From the IMG/VR virus record IMGVR_UViG_2563366891_000011, positions 1-30,301 of that record: DNA of 30,301 bases, one strand, 5' to 3'. A program made the translations under genes and the position numbers. The notes beneath the pieces were generated by a model. The model worked only from the letters and a program-made list of their open reading frames with translations, ran no database searches and was not told the DNA's origin. Below, piece after piece: positions 16,812 through 30,301 of the stretch (the stretch's first letter is position 1; every line of letters starts with the position of its first letter). The DNA is from a virus. Taxonomy: Duplodnaviria > Heunggongvirae > Uroviricota > Caudoviricetes.

Positions 16812-17065
16812 GTGATCGTGTTATTGAATGCGCCTCCAGAGCGGGGCGCGACTTCTCAGAGTTCATGAAAGGCGAGAAGGGCATGATGGAAGCATTGGCC
16901 TCGGTGGATGAGTTTGGCGAGCAGCTGCGCCTCAACGGCTGTGTCAATCATCACTTTGTTAGCTACATGATGCGGAACTCGATCATGCAGGCATTCATGG
17001 ACATGGCAAAAGCCGAGAGGAAAGAAGAGCGCCGGCGTAAGCGAGCGGAAGCAAAAGCGAAGTAG
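16808..17065 (+). CDS. Hypothetical protein, 85 aa, with Lys/Arg/Glu-rich C-terminal tail
   Basis: ATGA-coupled to the upstream KilA-N gene; C-terminal KAERKEERRRKRAEAKAK. Confidence 0.5.
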   Translation: MSDRVIECASRAGRDFSEFMKGEKGMMEALASVDEFGEQLRLNGCVNHHFVSYMMRNSIMQAFMDMAKAERKEERRRKRAEAKAK

Positions 17066-17351
17066 CCATTACAAAGCCTATCTACGGGTGGGCTTGATAA
17101 TGGCTTATACCCTACACGGGATAACTTAACTGATATCCCTTTTAAAGGATAAAGGTATTCAAGCCTGACACATCATGCGCTGTATCGTCGCCGTGTTCCC
17201 GTATTAACAGAGACCGTAGCCCGACGGGGAACTCCTTCTGCGCGAGTGTGCGGGAATAATCAAAAACGATGCACACCGGGGTTACCGGGTACACATATTT
17301 CATCATGCCAGCGAGTCCGGTTCTGGCACGGAAGAAACCGGACGTTATGAT

Positions 17352-17762
17352 TTAGTGCGGAAATATTTGTGTAGTGTTCTGAATGTTCTCAGTAAAGAGT
17401 AATGAATTATCAAAGGTATAGTAATACCTTTTGTTTTCGTGGATATTTGTAATCCATCTGAAAACCCCTGCTGTAGCAAGATTTTTCCTGTATTCGTAAA
17501 ATGATAACTCTCCTGATTTGAATCCTTTTAAGGTGGCTTCTATAAGGCATTTATTTTTTGAAAATCTTACATTTACAACCTTACCCTGTCCTTTTATTAA
17601 AACCGTATTATCGTTTTCAAGAACAAGATGAATATTCTCTGTGGCTAAATAGTAAATGTAATGTGAGACATTGTGACGTTTTAGTTCAGAATAAAACCAG
17701 TGATAGTTTAAATTATTTCGCACTTTATCGAATATTTGTTTAAAAATGGCAACCTGAGCCAT
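17352..17762 (-). CDS. Hypothetical low-GC protein, 136 aa (DLP12 YbcV / DUF1398-like, tentative)
   Basis: Internal ATG at 17760-17762 with GGAAGG 7 nt upstream; markedly AT-rich relative to flanks. Confidence 0.55.
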   Translation of the reverse strand: MAQVAIFKQIFDKVRNNLNYHWFYSELKRHNVSHYIYYLATENIHLVLENDNTVLIKGQGKVVNVRFSKNKCLIEATLKGFKSGELSFYEYRKNLATAGVFRWITNIHENKRYYYTFDNSLLFTENIQNTTQIFPH

Positions 17763-17819
17763 TGTAGTACCTTCCATGTGATATGAGGGGGCGTAGTCTG
17801 CACGATTATCTAGATTGCT

Positions 17820-18053
17820 TCAATCTGGTCTAACCTGTTTTCTGAGCAATTCAGTAATGTCACTCTTTTCTTTGTTTGCTTCAGGCGAAACTCTTTTTTC
17901 TGAGCACAGTCTCCGGCGGCAGGCTTCAATGACCCAGGCTGAGAAATTCCCGGACCCTTTTTGAACAAGAGCGATGTTAATTTGTTCAATCATTTGGTTA
18001 GGAAAGCGGATGTTGCGGGTTGTTGTTCTGCGGGTTCTGTTCTTCGTTGACAT
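17820..18053 (-). CDS. Small basic protein, possible ribbon-helix-helix DNA-binding protein (YlcI/DUF3950-like, tentative)
   Basis: 77 aa; basic N-terminus then a short RHH-like segment (RNIRFPNQMIEQINIALVQKG); weak RBS. Confidence 0.45.
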   Translation of the reverse strand: MSTKNRTRRTTTRNIRFPNQMIEQINIALVQKGSGNFSAWVIEACRRRLCSEKRVSPEANKEKSDITELLRKQVRPD

Positions 18054-18252
18054 GAGGTTGCCCTGTATTCAGTGTCGCTGATTTGTATTGTCTGAAGTTG
18101 TTTTTACGTTAAGTTGATGCAGATCAATTAATACGATACCTGCGTCATAATTGATTATTTGACGTGGTTTGATGGCGTAGATGCACGTTGTGACATGTAG
18201 ATGATAATTATTATCATTTTTCGGGTCCTTTCCGGCGATCCGACAGGTTACG

Positions 18253-18264
18253 GGGCGGCGACCT
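18253..18264. other. cos: cosN: lambda-type cohesive-end site GGGCGGCGACCT (cosQ upstream, cosB downstream to about 18440)
   Basis: Matches the lambda junction ...CCGACAGGTTACG|GGGCGGCGACCT|CGCGGGTTTTCGC as I recall it; about 190 bp upstream of Nu1. Confidence 0.85.
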
Positions 18265-18441
18265 CGCGGGTTTTCGCTATTTATGAAAATTTTCCGGTTT
18301 AAGGCGTTTCCGTTCTTCTTCGTCGTAACTTAATGTTTTTATTTAAAATACCCCCTGAAAAGAAAGGAAACGACAGGTGCTGAAAACGAACTTTTGGGCC
18401 TCTGTCGTTTCCTTTCTCTGTTTTGGGCCGTGGAATGAACA

Positions 18442-18961
18442 ATGGAAGTCAACAAAAAGCAGCTGGCTGACATTTTCGGTGCGAGTATCCGTACCATTCA
18501 GAACTGGCAGGAACAGGGAATGCCCGTTCTGCGAGGCGGTGGCAAGGGTAATGAGGTGCTTTATGACTCTGCCGCCGTTATAAAATGGTATGCCGAAAGG
18601 GATGCTGAAATTGAGAACGAAAAGCTGCGCCGGGAGGTTGAAGAACTGCTGCAGGCCAGCGAGACAGATCTCCAGCCAGGGACTATTGAGTACGAACGCC
18701 ATCGACTTACGCGTGCGCAGGCCGATGCACAGGAGCTGAAAAATGCCAGAGACTCCGCTGAAGTGGTGGAAACCGCATTCTGTACTTTCGTGCTGTCGCG
18801 TATCGCAGGTGAAATTGCCAGTATTCTCGACGGGATCCCCCTGTCGGTGCAGCGGCGTTTTCCGGAACTGGAAAACCGACATGTTGATTTCCTGAAACGG
18901 GATATCATCAAAGCCATGAACAAAGCAGCCGCGCTGGATGAACTGATACCGGGGTTGCTGA

Positions 18962-18987
<26 letters not shown>
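18442..18987 (+). CDS. nu1: Terminase small subunit Nu1
   Basis: 181 aa; essentially lambda Nu1 (MEVNKKQLADIFGASIRTIQNWQEQGMPVL...) from memory. Confidence 0.95.
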
Positions 18988-22668
<3,681 letters not shown>

Positions 22669-22688
<20 letters not shown>

Positions 22689-23988
22689 TCTCCCGCATAT
22701 TACCAGTATGGCCTTTAATGAGCCGCTGATGCTTGAACCCGCCTATGCGCGGGTTTTCTTTTGTGCGCTTGCAGGCCAGCTTGGGATCAGCCGCCTGACG
22801 GATGCGGTATCCGGCGACAGCCTGACTGCCGGAGAGGCACCCGCGGCGCTGGCGTTATCCGTTGATGATGACGGACCACGGCAGGCCCGCAGTTATCAGG
22901 TCATGAACGGCATCGCCGTGCTGCCGGTGTCCGGCACGCTGGTCAGTCGGACGCGAGCGCTGCAGCCGTATTCGGGGATGACCGGTTACAACGGCATTAT
23001 CGCCCGTCTGCAACAGGCTGCCAGCGACCCGATGGTGGACGGCATTCTGCTCGATATGGATACGCCAGGCGGGATGGTGGCAGGGGCATTTGACTGCGCT
23101 GACATCATCGCCCGTGTGCGTGACATAAAGCCGGTATGGGCGCTGGCCAATGACATGAACTGCAGCGCAGGTCAGCTGCTTGCCAGTGCCGCCTCCCGGC
23201 GTCTGGTCACGCAGACCGCCCGGACAGGCTCCATCGGCGTCATGATGGCTCACAGTAATTACGGTGCTGCGCTGGAGAAACAGGGCGTGGAAATCACGCT
23301 GATTTACAGCGGCAGCCATAAGGTGGATGGCAACCCCTACAGCCATCTACCGGATGATGTCCGGGAAACACTGCAGTCCCGGATGGATGCAACCCGCCGG
23401 ATGTTTGCACAGAAGGTGTCGGCATATACCGGCCTGTCCGTGCAGGCTGTGCTGGATACCGAGGCTGCAGTGTACAGCGGTCAGGAGGCCATTGATGCCG
23501 GACTGGCTGATGAACTTGTTAACAGTACCGATGCGATCACCATCATGCGTGATGCACTGGATGCACGTAAATCCCGTCTCTCAGGAGGGCGAATGACCAA
23601 AGAGACTCAATCAACAACTGTTTCAGCCACTGCTTCGCAGGCTGACGTTACTGGCGTGGTGCAAGCGACGGAGGGCGAGAACGCCAGCGCTGCGCAGCCG
23701 GACGTGAACGCGCAGATCACCGCAGCTGTTGCGGCAGAAAACAGTCGCATTATGGGGATCCTCAACTGTGAGGAGGCTCACGGACGCGAAGAACAGGCAC
23801 GCGTGCTGGCCGAAACCCCCGGTATGACCGTGGAAACGGCCCGCCGCATTCTGGCAGTTGCACCACAGAGTGCACAGGCGCGCAGTGACACTGCGCTGGA
23901 TCGTCTGATGCAGGGGGCACCGGCACCGCTGGCTGCAGGTAACCCGGCATCTGATGCCGTTAACGATTTGCTGAACACACCAGTGTAA
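22669..23988 (+). CDS. C: Capsid assembly protease C
   Basis: 439 aa from GTG 22669, overlapping the B 3' end; lambda C-like. Confidence 0.9.
23383..23988 (+). CDS. nu3: Scaffolding protein Nu3 (in-frame internal start within C)
   Basis: ATG at 23383 in the C frame (MDATRRMFAQKV...), corresponding to the lambda Nu3 nested gene. Confidence 0.6.
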   Translation: MDATRRMFAQKVSAYTGLSVQAVLDTEAAVYSGQEAIDAGLADELVNSTDAITIMRDALDARKSRLSGGRMTKETQSTTVSATASQADVTGVVQATEGENASAAQPDVNAQITAAVAAENSRIMGILNCEEAHGREEQARVLAETPGMTVETARRILAVAPQSAQARSDTALDRLMQGAPAPLAAGNPASDAVNDLLNTPV

Positions 23989-23997
23989 GGGATGTTT

Positions 23998-24330
23998 ATG
24001 ACGAGCAAAGAAACCTTTACCCATTACCAGCCGCTGGGCAACAGTGACCCGGCACATACGGCAACCGCGCCCGGCGGATTGAGTGCGAAAGCGCCTGCAA
24101 TGACCCCGCTGATGCTGGATACCTCCACCCGTAAGCTGGTTGCGTGGGATGGCACCACCGACGGTGCTGCCGTTGGCATTCTGGCGGTTGATGCTGACCA
24201 GACCAGCACCACGCTGACGTTCTACAAGTCCGGCACGTTCCGTTATGAGGATGTGCTCTGGCCGGAGGCTGCCAGCGACGAGACGAAGAAACGGACCGCG
24301 TTTGCCGGAACGGCAATCAGCATCGTTTAA
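23998..24330 (+). CDS. D: Head decoration protein D
   Basis: 110 aa from ATG 23998 ([12 protein letters not shown]...). Confidence 0.9.
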   Translation: MTSKETFTHYQPLGNSDPAHTATAPGGLSAKAPAMTPLMLDTSTRKLVAWDGTTDGAAVGILAVDADQTSTTLTFYKSGTFRYEDVLWPEAASDETKKRTAFAGTAISIV

Positions 24331-24347
24331 CCTTACCCTTCATCACT

Positions 24348-24372
24348 AAAGGCCGCCTGTGCGGCTTTTTTT
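24348..24372 (+). terminator. Rho-independent terminator-like hairpin between D and E
   Basis: GCCGC-CTGT-GCGGC followed by TTTTTTT. Confidence 0.55.
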
Positions 24373-24384
24373 ACGGGATTTTTT

Positions 24385-25410
24385 ATGTCGATGTACACAA
24401 CCGCCCAGCTGCTGGCGGCAAATGAGAAGAAATTTAAGTTTGATCCGCTGTTTCTGCGTCTCTTTTTCCGTGAGAGCTATCCCTTCACCACGGAGAAAGT
24501 CTATCTCTCACAAATTCCGGGACTGGTAAACATGGCGCTGTACGTTTCGCCGATTGTTTCCGGTGAGGTTATCCGCTCCCGTGGCGGCTCCACCTCTGAA
24601 TTTACGCCGGGATATGTCAAGCCGAAGCATGAGGTGAATCCGCAGATGACCCTGCGTCGCCTGCCGGATGAAGATCCGCAGAATCTGGCGGACCCGGCTT
24701 ACCGCCGCCGTCGCATCATCATGCAGAACATGCGAGACGAAGAGCTGGCCATTGCTCAGGTCGAAGAGATGCAGGCCGTTTCTGCCGTGCTTAAGGGCAA
24801 ATACACCATGACCGGTGAAGCCTTCGATCCGGTTGAAGTGGATATGGGCCGCAGTGCGGCGAACAACATCACACAGTCCGGTGGTACGGAGTGGAGCAAG
24901 CGTGACAAGTCCACGTATGACCCGACCGACGATATCGAAGCCTATGCGCTGAACGCCAGCGGCGTGGTGAATATCATCGTGTTTGATCCGAAAGGCTGGG
25001 CGCTGTTCCGTTCCTTCAAAGCCGTCAAGGAGAAGCTGGATACCCGTCGCGGCTCTAATTCCGAGCTGGAGACAGCGGTAAAAGACCTGGGCGAAGCGGT
25101 GTCCTATAAGGGGATGTATGGCGATACGGCGATCGTCGTGTATTCCGGACAGTACGTGGAAAACGACGTCAAAAAGAACTTCCTTCCGGACAACACGATG
25201 GTGCTGGGGAACACTCAGGCACGCGGTCTGCGCACCTATGGCTGCATTCAGGATGCGGACGCACAGCGCGAAGGTATTAACGCTTCTGCCCGCTACCCGA
25301 AAAACTGGGTGACCACCGGCGATCCGGCGCGTGAGTTCACCATGATTCAGTCAGCACCGCTGATGCTGCTGGCTGACCCTGATGCGTTCGTGTCCGTACA
25401 ACTGGCGTAA
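24385..25410 (+). CDS. E: Major capsid protein E
   Basis: 341 aa, lambda E-like. Confidence 0.95.
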   Translation: MSMYTTAQLLAANEKKFKFDPLFLRLFFRESYPFTTEKVYLSQIPGLVNMALYVSPIVSGEVIRSRGGSTSEFTPGYVKPKHEVNPQMTLRRLPDEDPQNLADPAYRRRRIIMQNMRDEELAIAQVEEMQAVSAVLKGKYTMTGEAFDPVEVDMGRSAANNITQSGGTEWSKRDKSTYDPTDDIEAYALNASGVVNIIVFDPKGWALFRSFKAVKEKLDTRRGSNSELETAVKDLGEAVSYKGMYGDTAIVVYSGQYVENDVKKNFLPDNTMVLGNTQARGLRTYGCIQDADAQREGINASARYPKNWVTTGDPAREFTMIQSAPLMLLADPDAFVSVQLA

Positions 25411-25412
25411 TC

Positions 25413-25440
25413 ATGGCCCTTCGGGGCCATTTTCTCTTTG
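25413..25440 (+). terminator. Rho-independent terminator-like hairpin just after E
   Basis: ATGGCCC-TTCG-GGGCCAT followed by TTTCTCTTT. Confidence 0.5.
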
Positions 25441-25451
25441 TGGAGGAGTCC

Positions 25452-25847
25452 ATGACGAAAGATGAACTGATTGCCCGTCTTCAGGTGCTGGGTGAGCAAC
25501 TGAACCGTGATGTCAGCCTGACGGGGACGAAAGAAGAACTGGTGCTCCGTGTGGCAGAGCTGGAAGAGGAGCTTGATGACACGGATGACGCTGCCGGTCA
25601 GGACACATCTGTCAGCCCGGAAAATGCGCTGACCGGACATGAAAATGAGGTTGTATCAGCGCAGCCGGATACCGTGACTGATACGGCTGATCTGGTCACG
25701 GTTGTGGCACTGGTGACGCTGCATACTGATGCACTTCACGCCACGCGGGATGAGGCTGTGGCATTTGTGCTGCCGGGAACGGCGTTCCGTGTCTCTGCCG
25801 GTGTGGCAGCTGAAATGACAGAACGTGGCCTGGCCAGAATGCAATAA
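25452..25847 (+). CDS. FI: DNA-packaging / head assembly protein FI
   Basis: 132 aa from ATG 25452 (GGAGGAG RBS). Confidence 0.85.
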   Translation: MTKDELIARLQVLGEQLNRDVSLTGTKEELVLRVAELEEELDDTDDAAGQDTSVSPENALTGHENEVVSAQPDTVTDTADLVTVVALVTLHTDALHATRDEAVAFVLPGTAFRVSAGVAAEMTERGLARMQ

Positions 25848-25858
25848 CGGGAGGCGCT

Positions 25859-26212
25859 GTGGCTGATTTCGATAACCTGTTCGATGCTGCCATTGCCCGC
25901 GCCGATGAAACGATACGCGGGTACATGGGAACGTCAGCCACCATGACATCCGGTGAGCAGTCCGGCGCTGTGATACGTGGTGTTTTTGATGACCCTGAAA
26001 ATATCAGCTATGCCGGACAGGGCGTGCGCGTTGAAGGCTCCAGCCCGTCCCTGTTTGTCCGGACTGATGATGTGCGGCAACTGCGGCGTGGAGACACGCT
26101 GACCATCGGTGAGGAAAACTTCTGGATAGACCGGGTATCGCCGGATGATGGCGGAAGCTGTCATCTCTGGCTTGGGCGTGGCGTTCCGCCTGCCGTTAAC
26201 CGTCGCCGTTGA
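25859..26212 (+). CDS. FII: Head-tail connector protein FII
   Basis: 117 aa, GTG start. Confidence 0.85.
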   Translation: MADFDNLFDAAIARADETIRGYMGTSATMTSGEQSGAVIRGVFDDPENISYAGQGVRVEGSSPSLFVRTDDVRQLRRGDTLTIGEENFWIDRVSPDDGGSCHLWLGRGVPPAVNRRR

Positions 26213-26293
26213 AAGGGGGATGTATGGCCATAAAAGGTCTTGAGCAGGCCGTTGAAAGGGGGATGTATGGCCATACAGGGTCTTGAGCAGGCC
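26208..26293. repeat. 43-bp tandem direct duplication (copy 1 26208-26250, copy 2 26251-26293; 2 mismatches) spanning the FII stop, the Z RBS and the first Z codons
   Basis: Read directly: GTTGAAAGGGGGATGTATGGCCATA(AAA/CAG)GGTCTTGAGCAGGCC twice; flanked by the short direct repeat GCCGTTGAAA. Confidence 0.9.
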
Positions 26294-26845
26294 GTTGAAA
26301 ACCTCAGCCGTATCAGCAAAACGGCGGTTCCCGGTGCCGCCGCAATGGCCATTAACCGCGTTGCGTCATCCGCGATATCGCAGTCGGCGTCACAGGTTGC
26401 CCGTGAGACAAAGGTACGCCGGAAACTGGTAAAGGAAAGGGCCAGGCTGAAAAGGGCCACGGTCAAAAATCCGCAGGCCAGAATCAAAGTTAACCGGGGG
26501 GATTTGCCCGTAATCAAGCTGGGTAATGCGCGGGTTGTCCTGTCCCGCCGCAGGCGTCGTAAAAAGGGGCAGCGTTCATCCCTGAAAGGTGGCGGCAGCG
26601 TGCTTGTGGTGGGTAACCGTCGTATTCCCGGCGCGTTTATTCAGCAACTGAAAAATGGCCGGTGGCATGTTATGCAGCGTGTGGCCGGGAAAAACCGTTA
26701 CCCCATTGATGTGGTGAAAATCCCGATGGCGGTGCCGCTGACCACGGCGTTTAAACAGAATATTGAACGGATACGGCGTGAACGTCTTCCGAAAGAGCTG
26801 GGCTATGCGCTGCAGCATCAACTGAGAATGGTAATAAAGCGATGA
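26267..26845 (+). CDS. Z: Tail assembly protein Z
   Basis: 192 aa from the ATG in copy 2 of the duplication; the ATG in copy 1 (26224) opens only a 20-codon out-of-frame ORF. Confidence 0.82.
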   Translation: MAIQGLEQAVENLSRISKTAVPGAAAMAINRVASSAISQSASQVARETKVRRKLVKERARLKRATVKNPQARIKVNRGDLPVIKLGNARVVLSRRRRRKKGQRSSLKGGGSVLVVGNRRIPGAFIQQLKNGRWHVMQRVAGKNRYPIDVVKIPMAVPLTTAFKQNIERIRRERLPKELGYALQHQLRMVIKR

Positions 26846-27237
26846 AACATACTGAACTCCGTGCAGCCGTACTGGATGCACTGGAGAAGCATGACACCGG
26901 GGCGACGCTTTTTGATGGTCGCCCCGCTGTTTTTGATGAGGAAGATTTTCCGGCAATTGCCGTTTATCTCACCGGCGCTGAATACACGGGCGAAGAGCTG
27001 GACAGCGATACCTGGCAGGCGGAGCTGCATATTGAAGTTTTCCTGCCTGCTCAGGTGCCGGATTCAGAGCTGGATTCGTGGATGGAGTCCCGGATTTATC
27101 CGGTGATGAGCGATATCCCGGCACTGTCAGATTTGATCACCAGTATGGTGGCCAGTGGCTATGACTACCGGCGCGACGATGATGCGGGCCTGTGGAGTTC
27201 AGCCGATCTGACTTATGTCATTACCTATGAAATGTGA
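26842..27237 (+). CDS. U: Tail terminator protein U
   Basis: 131 aa, ATGA overlap with Z. Confidence 0.9.
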   Translation: MKHTELRAAVLDALEKHDTGATLFDGRPAVFDEEDFPAIAVYLTGAEYTGEELDSDTWQAELHIEVFLPAQVPDSELDSWMESRIYPVMSDIPALSDLITSMVASGYDYRRDDDAGLWSSADLTYVITYEM

Positions 27238-27244
27238 GGACGCT

Positions 27245-27985
27245 ATGCCTGTACCAAATCCTGTAATGCCGGTGAAAGGTGCCGGGACCACCCTGTGGGT
27301 TTATAAGGGGAGCGGTGACCCTTATGCGAACCCGCTTTCAGACGTTGACTGGTCGCGTCTGGCAAAAGTTAAAGACCTGACGCCCGGCGAACTGACCGCT
27401 GAGTCCTATGACGACAGCTATCTCGATGATGAAGATGCAGACTGGACTGCGACCGGGCAGGGGCAGAAATCTGCCGGAGATACCAGCTTCACGCTGGCGT
27501 GGATGCCCGGAGAGCAGGGGCAGCAGGCGCTGCTGGCGTGGTTTAATGAAGGTGATACCCGTGCCTATAAAATCCGCTTCCCGAACGGCACGGTCGATGT
27601 GTTCCGTGGCTGGGTCAGCAGCATCGGTAAGGCGGTGACGGCAAAGGAAGTGATCACCCGTACGGTGAAGGTCACCAATGTGGGTCGTCCGTCAATGGCA
27701 GAAGAACACAGTACGGTGACGGCGGCAACCGGTATGACCGTGACGCCAGCCAGCGCTTCCGTAGTGAAAGGGAAGAGCACCACGCTGACCGTGGCATTCC
27801 AGCCGGAAGGCGCAACCGACAAGAGCTTCCGTGCGGTGTCAGCGGATAAAACAAAAGCTACCGTGTCGGTCAGTGGTATGACCATCACCGTGAACGGCGT
27901 TGCTGCAGGCAAGGTCAACATTCCGGTCGTATCCGGTAATGGTGAGTTTGCTGCGGTTGCAGAAATTACCGTCACCGCCAGTTAA
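27245..27985 (+). CDS. V: Major tail tube protein V
   Basis: 246 aa from ATG 27245. Confidence 0.9.
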   Translation: MPVPNPVMPVKGAGTTLWVYKGSGDPYANPLSDVDWSRLAKVKDLTPGELTAESYDDSYLDDEDADWTATGQGQKSAGDTSFTLAWMPGEQGQQALLAWFNEGDTRAYKIRFPNGTVDVFRGWVSSIGKAVTAKEVITRTVKVTNVGRPSMAEEHSTVTAATGMTVTPASASVVKGKSTTLTVAFQPEGATDKSFRAVSADKTKATVSVSGMTITVNGVAAGKVNIPVVSGNGEFAAVAEITVTAS

Positions 27986-28000
27986 TCCGGAGAGTCAGCG

Positions 28001-28423
28001 ATGTTCCTGAAAACCGAATCATTTGAACATAACGGTGTGACCGTCACGCTTTCTGAACTGTCAGCCCTGCAGCGCATTGAGCATCTCGCCCTGATGAAAC
28101 GGCAGGCAGAACAGGCGGAGTCAGACAGCAACCGGAAGTTTACTGTGGAAGACGCCATCAGAACCGGCGCGTTTCTGGTGGCGATGTCCCTGTGGCATAA
28201 CCATCCGCAGAAGACGCAGATGCCGTCCATGAATGAAGCCGTTAAACAGATTGAGCAGGAAGTGCTTACCACCTGGCCCACGGAGGCAATTTCTCATGCT
28301 GAAAACGTGGTGTACCGGCTGTCTGGTATGTATGAGTTTGTGGTGAATAATGCCCCTGAACAGACAGAGGACGCCGGGCCCGCAGAGCCTGTTTCTGCGG
28401 GAAAGTGTTCGACGGTGAGCTGA
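28001..28423 (+). CDS. G: Tail assembly chaperone G
   Basis: 140 aa, lambda G-like. Confidence 0.9.
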   Translation: MFLKTESFEHNGVTVTLSELSALQRIEHLALMKRQAEQAESDSNRKFTVEDAIRTGAFLVAMSLWHNHPQKTQMPSMNEAVKQIEQEVLTTWPTEAISHAENVVYRLSGMYEFVVNNAPEQTEDAGPAEPVSAGKCSTVS

Positions 28424-28839
28424 GTTTTGCCCTGAAACTGGCGCGTGAGATGGGGCGACCCGACTGGCGTGCCATGCTTGCCGGGATGTCATCCACGGAG
28501 TATGCCGACTGGCACCGCTTTTACAGTACCCATTATTTTCATGATGTTCTGCTGGATATGCACTTTTCCGGGCTGACGTACACCGTGCTCAGCCTGTTTT
28601 TCAGCGATCCGGATATGCATCCGCTGGATTTCAGTCTGCTGAACCGGCGCGAGGCTGACGAAGAGCCTGAAGATGATGTGCTGATGCAGAAAGCGGCAGG
28701 GCTTGCCGGAGGTGTCCGCTTTGGCCCGGACGGGAATGAAGTTATCCCCGCTTCCCCGGATGTGGCGGACATGACGGAGGATGACGTAATGCTGATGACA
28801 GTATCAGAAGGGATCGCAGGAGGAGTCCGGTATGGCTGA
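28001..28839 (+). CDS. T: Tail assembly chaperone G-T fusion made by programmed -1 ribosomal frameshift
   Basis: Slippery heptamer G GGA AAG at 28399-28405 near the end of G; the T frame (28405..28839) has no independent start context. Confidence 0.75.
28399..28405 (+). other. Programmed -1 frameshift slippery site GGGAAAG (G to G-T)
   Basis: Heptamer read directly in the G frame. Confidence 0.7.
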
Positions 28840-30301
28840 ACCGGTAGGCGATCTGGTCGTTGATTTGAGTCTGGATGCGGCCAGATTTGACGAGCAGATG
28901 GCCAGAGTCAGGCGTCATTTTTCCGGTACGGAAAGTGATGCGAAAAAAACAGCGGCAGTCGTTGAACAGTCGCTGAGCCGACAGGCGCTGGCTGCACAGA
29001 AAGCGGGGATTTCCGTCGGGCAGTATAAAGCCGCCATGCGTATGCTGCCTGCACAGTTCACCGACGTGGCCACGCAGCTTGCCGGCGGGCAAAGTCCGTG
29101 GCTGATCCTGCTGCAACAGGGGGGGCAGGTGAAGGACTCCTTCGGCGGGATGATCCCCATGTTCAGGGGGCTTGCCGGTGCGATCACCCTGCCGATGGTG
29201 GGGGCCACCTCGCTGGCGGTGGCGACCGGTGCGCTGGCGTATGCCTGGTATCAGGGCAACTCAACCCTGTCCGATTTCAACAAAACGCTGGTCCTTTCCG
29301 GCAATCAGGCGGGACTGACGGCAGATCGTATGCTGGTCCTGTCCAGAGCCGGGCAGGCGGCAGGGCTGACGTTTAACCAGACCAGCGAGTCACTCAGCGC
29401 ACTGGTTAAGGCGGGGGTAAGCGGTGAGGCTCAGATTGCGTCCATCAGCCAGAGTGTGGCGCGTTTCTCCTCTGCATCCGGCGTGGAGGTGGACAAGGTC
29501 GCTGAAGCCTTCGGGAAGCTGACCACAGACCCGACGTCGGGGCTGACGGCGATGGCACGCCAGTTCCATAACGTGACGGCGGAGCAGATTGCGTATGTTG
29601 CTCAGTTGCAGCGTTCCGGCGATGAAGCCGGGGCATTGCAGGCGGCGAACGAGGCCGCAACGAAAGGGTTTGATGACCAGACCCGCCGCCTGAAAGAGAA
29701 CATGGGCACGCTGGAGACCTGGGCAGACAGGACTGCGCGGGCATTCAAATCCATGTGGGATGCGGTGCTGGATATTGGTCGTCCTGATACCGCGCAGGAG
29801 ATGCTGATTAAGGCAGAGGCTGCGTTTAAGAAAGCAGACGACATCTGGAATCTGCGCAAGGATGATTATTTTGTTAACGATGAAGCGCGGGCGCGTTACT
29901 GGGATGATCGTGAAAAGGCCCGTCTTGCGCTTGAAGCCGCCCGAAAGAAGGCTGAGCAGCAGACTCAACAGGACAAAAATGCGCAGCAGCAGAGCGATAC
30001 CGAAGCGTCACGGCTGAAATATACCGAAGAGGCGCAGAAGGCTTACGAACGGCTGCAGACGCCGCTGGAGAAATATACCGCCCGTCAGGAAGAACTGAAC
30101 AAGGCACTGAAAGACGGGAAAATCCTGCAGGCGGATTACAACACGCTGATGGCGGCGGCGAAAAAGGATTATGAAGCGACGCTGAAAAAGCCGAAACAGT
30201 CCGGCGTGAAGGTGTCTGCGGGCGATCGTCAGGAAGACAGTGCTCATGCTGCCCTGCTGACGCTTCAGGCAGAACTCCGGACGCTGGAGAAGCATGCCGG
30301 A
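28832..30301 (+). CDS. H: Tail tape-measure protein H (5' part; continues beyond the window)
   Basis: ATG at 28832 overlapping the T stop; on my reading the frame stays open to the window end (consistent with no complete ORF listed there); lambda H-like N-terminus. Confidence 0.88.
   Translation, partial: MAEPVGDLVVDLSLDAARFDEQMARVRRHFSGTESDAKKTAAVVEQSLSRQALAAQKAGISVGQYKAAMRMLPAQFTDVATQLAGGQSPWLILLQQGGQVKDSFGGMIPMFRGLAGAITLPMVGATSLAVATGALAYAWYQGNSTLSDFNKTLVLSGNQAGLTADRMLVLSRAGQAAGLTFNQTSESLSALVKAGVSGEAQIASISQSVARFSSASGVEVDKVAEAFGKLTTDPTSGLTAMARQFHNVTAEQIAYVAQLQRSGDEAGALQAANEAATKGFDDQTRRLKENMGTLETWADRTARAFKSMWDAVLDIGRPDTAQEMLIKAEAAFKKADDIWNLRKDDYFVNDEARARYWDDREKARLALEAARKKAEQQTQQDKNAQQQSDTEASRLKYTEEAQKAYERLQTPLEKYTARQEELNKALKDGKILQADYNTLMAAAKKDYEATLKKPKQSGVKVSAGDRQEDSAHAALLTLQAELRTLEKHAG

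Noticed and set aside
23327-23596. 89-aa plus-strand ORF within C as a candidate Nu3
   Set aside because: It is out of frame with C; the lambda-type Nu3 is the in-frame internal start at 23383.

Overview
The window is a mosaic lambdoid prophage, read from the integrase stop codon (position 1) into the tape-measure gene H, which runs off the right edge. Left to right: (1) integrase and excisionase plus a leftward early operon resembling the E. coli K-12 CPS-53/KplE1 YfdP-YfdT module (1-4130); (2) an immunity region with a CI-type repressor flanked by AAGTTGT/ACAACTT operator clusters and a Cro-like gene (4240-6240); (3) replication and nin-type genes: an O-like initiator with internal iterons, a Dam-type methyltransferase, a LexA DNA-binding-domain-only protein, RusA, a KilA-N protein, a DUF968/HNH protein and antiterminator Q (6260-12393); (4) a Q-to-lysis interval carrying an IS200 copy and an OmpC-family porin moron on the opposite strand (12394-14965); (5) a pinholin / SAR-endolysin / Rz-Rz1 lysis cassette and small accessory genes (14966-18053); (6) a lambda-type cos site and an arm I recognise from memory as essentially phage lambda Nu1-A-W-B-C-Nu3-D-E-FI-FII-Z-U-V-G-T-H (18253-30301). 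I found no tRNA, rRNA or CRISPR array. Most notable: an in-frame amber codon inside portal gene B, a 43-bp tandem duplication of the Z start region, the IS200 insertion behind Q, an SOS box next to a truncated LexA homologue, and a convergent overlapping gene pair with nested inverted repeats beside PL. I could not identify one clear-cut novel system; the accessory candidates are listed separately as findings. All homology calls are from memory of protein families, with no database search, and coordinates were checked against the ORF track.
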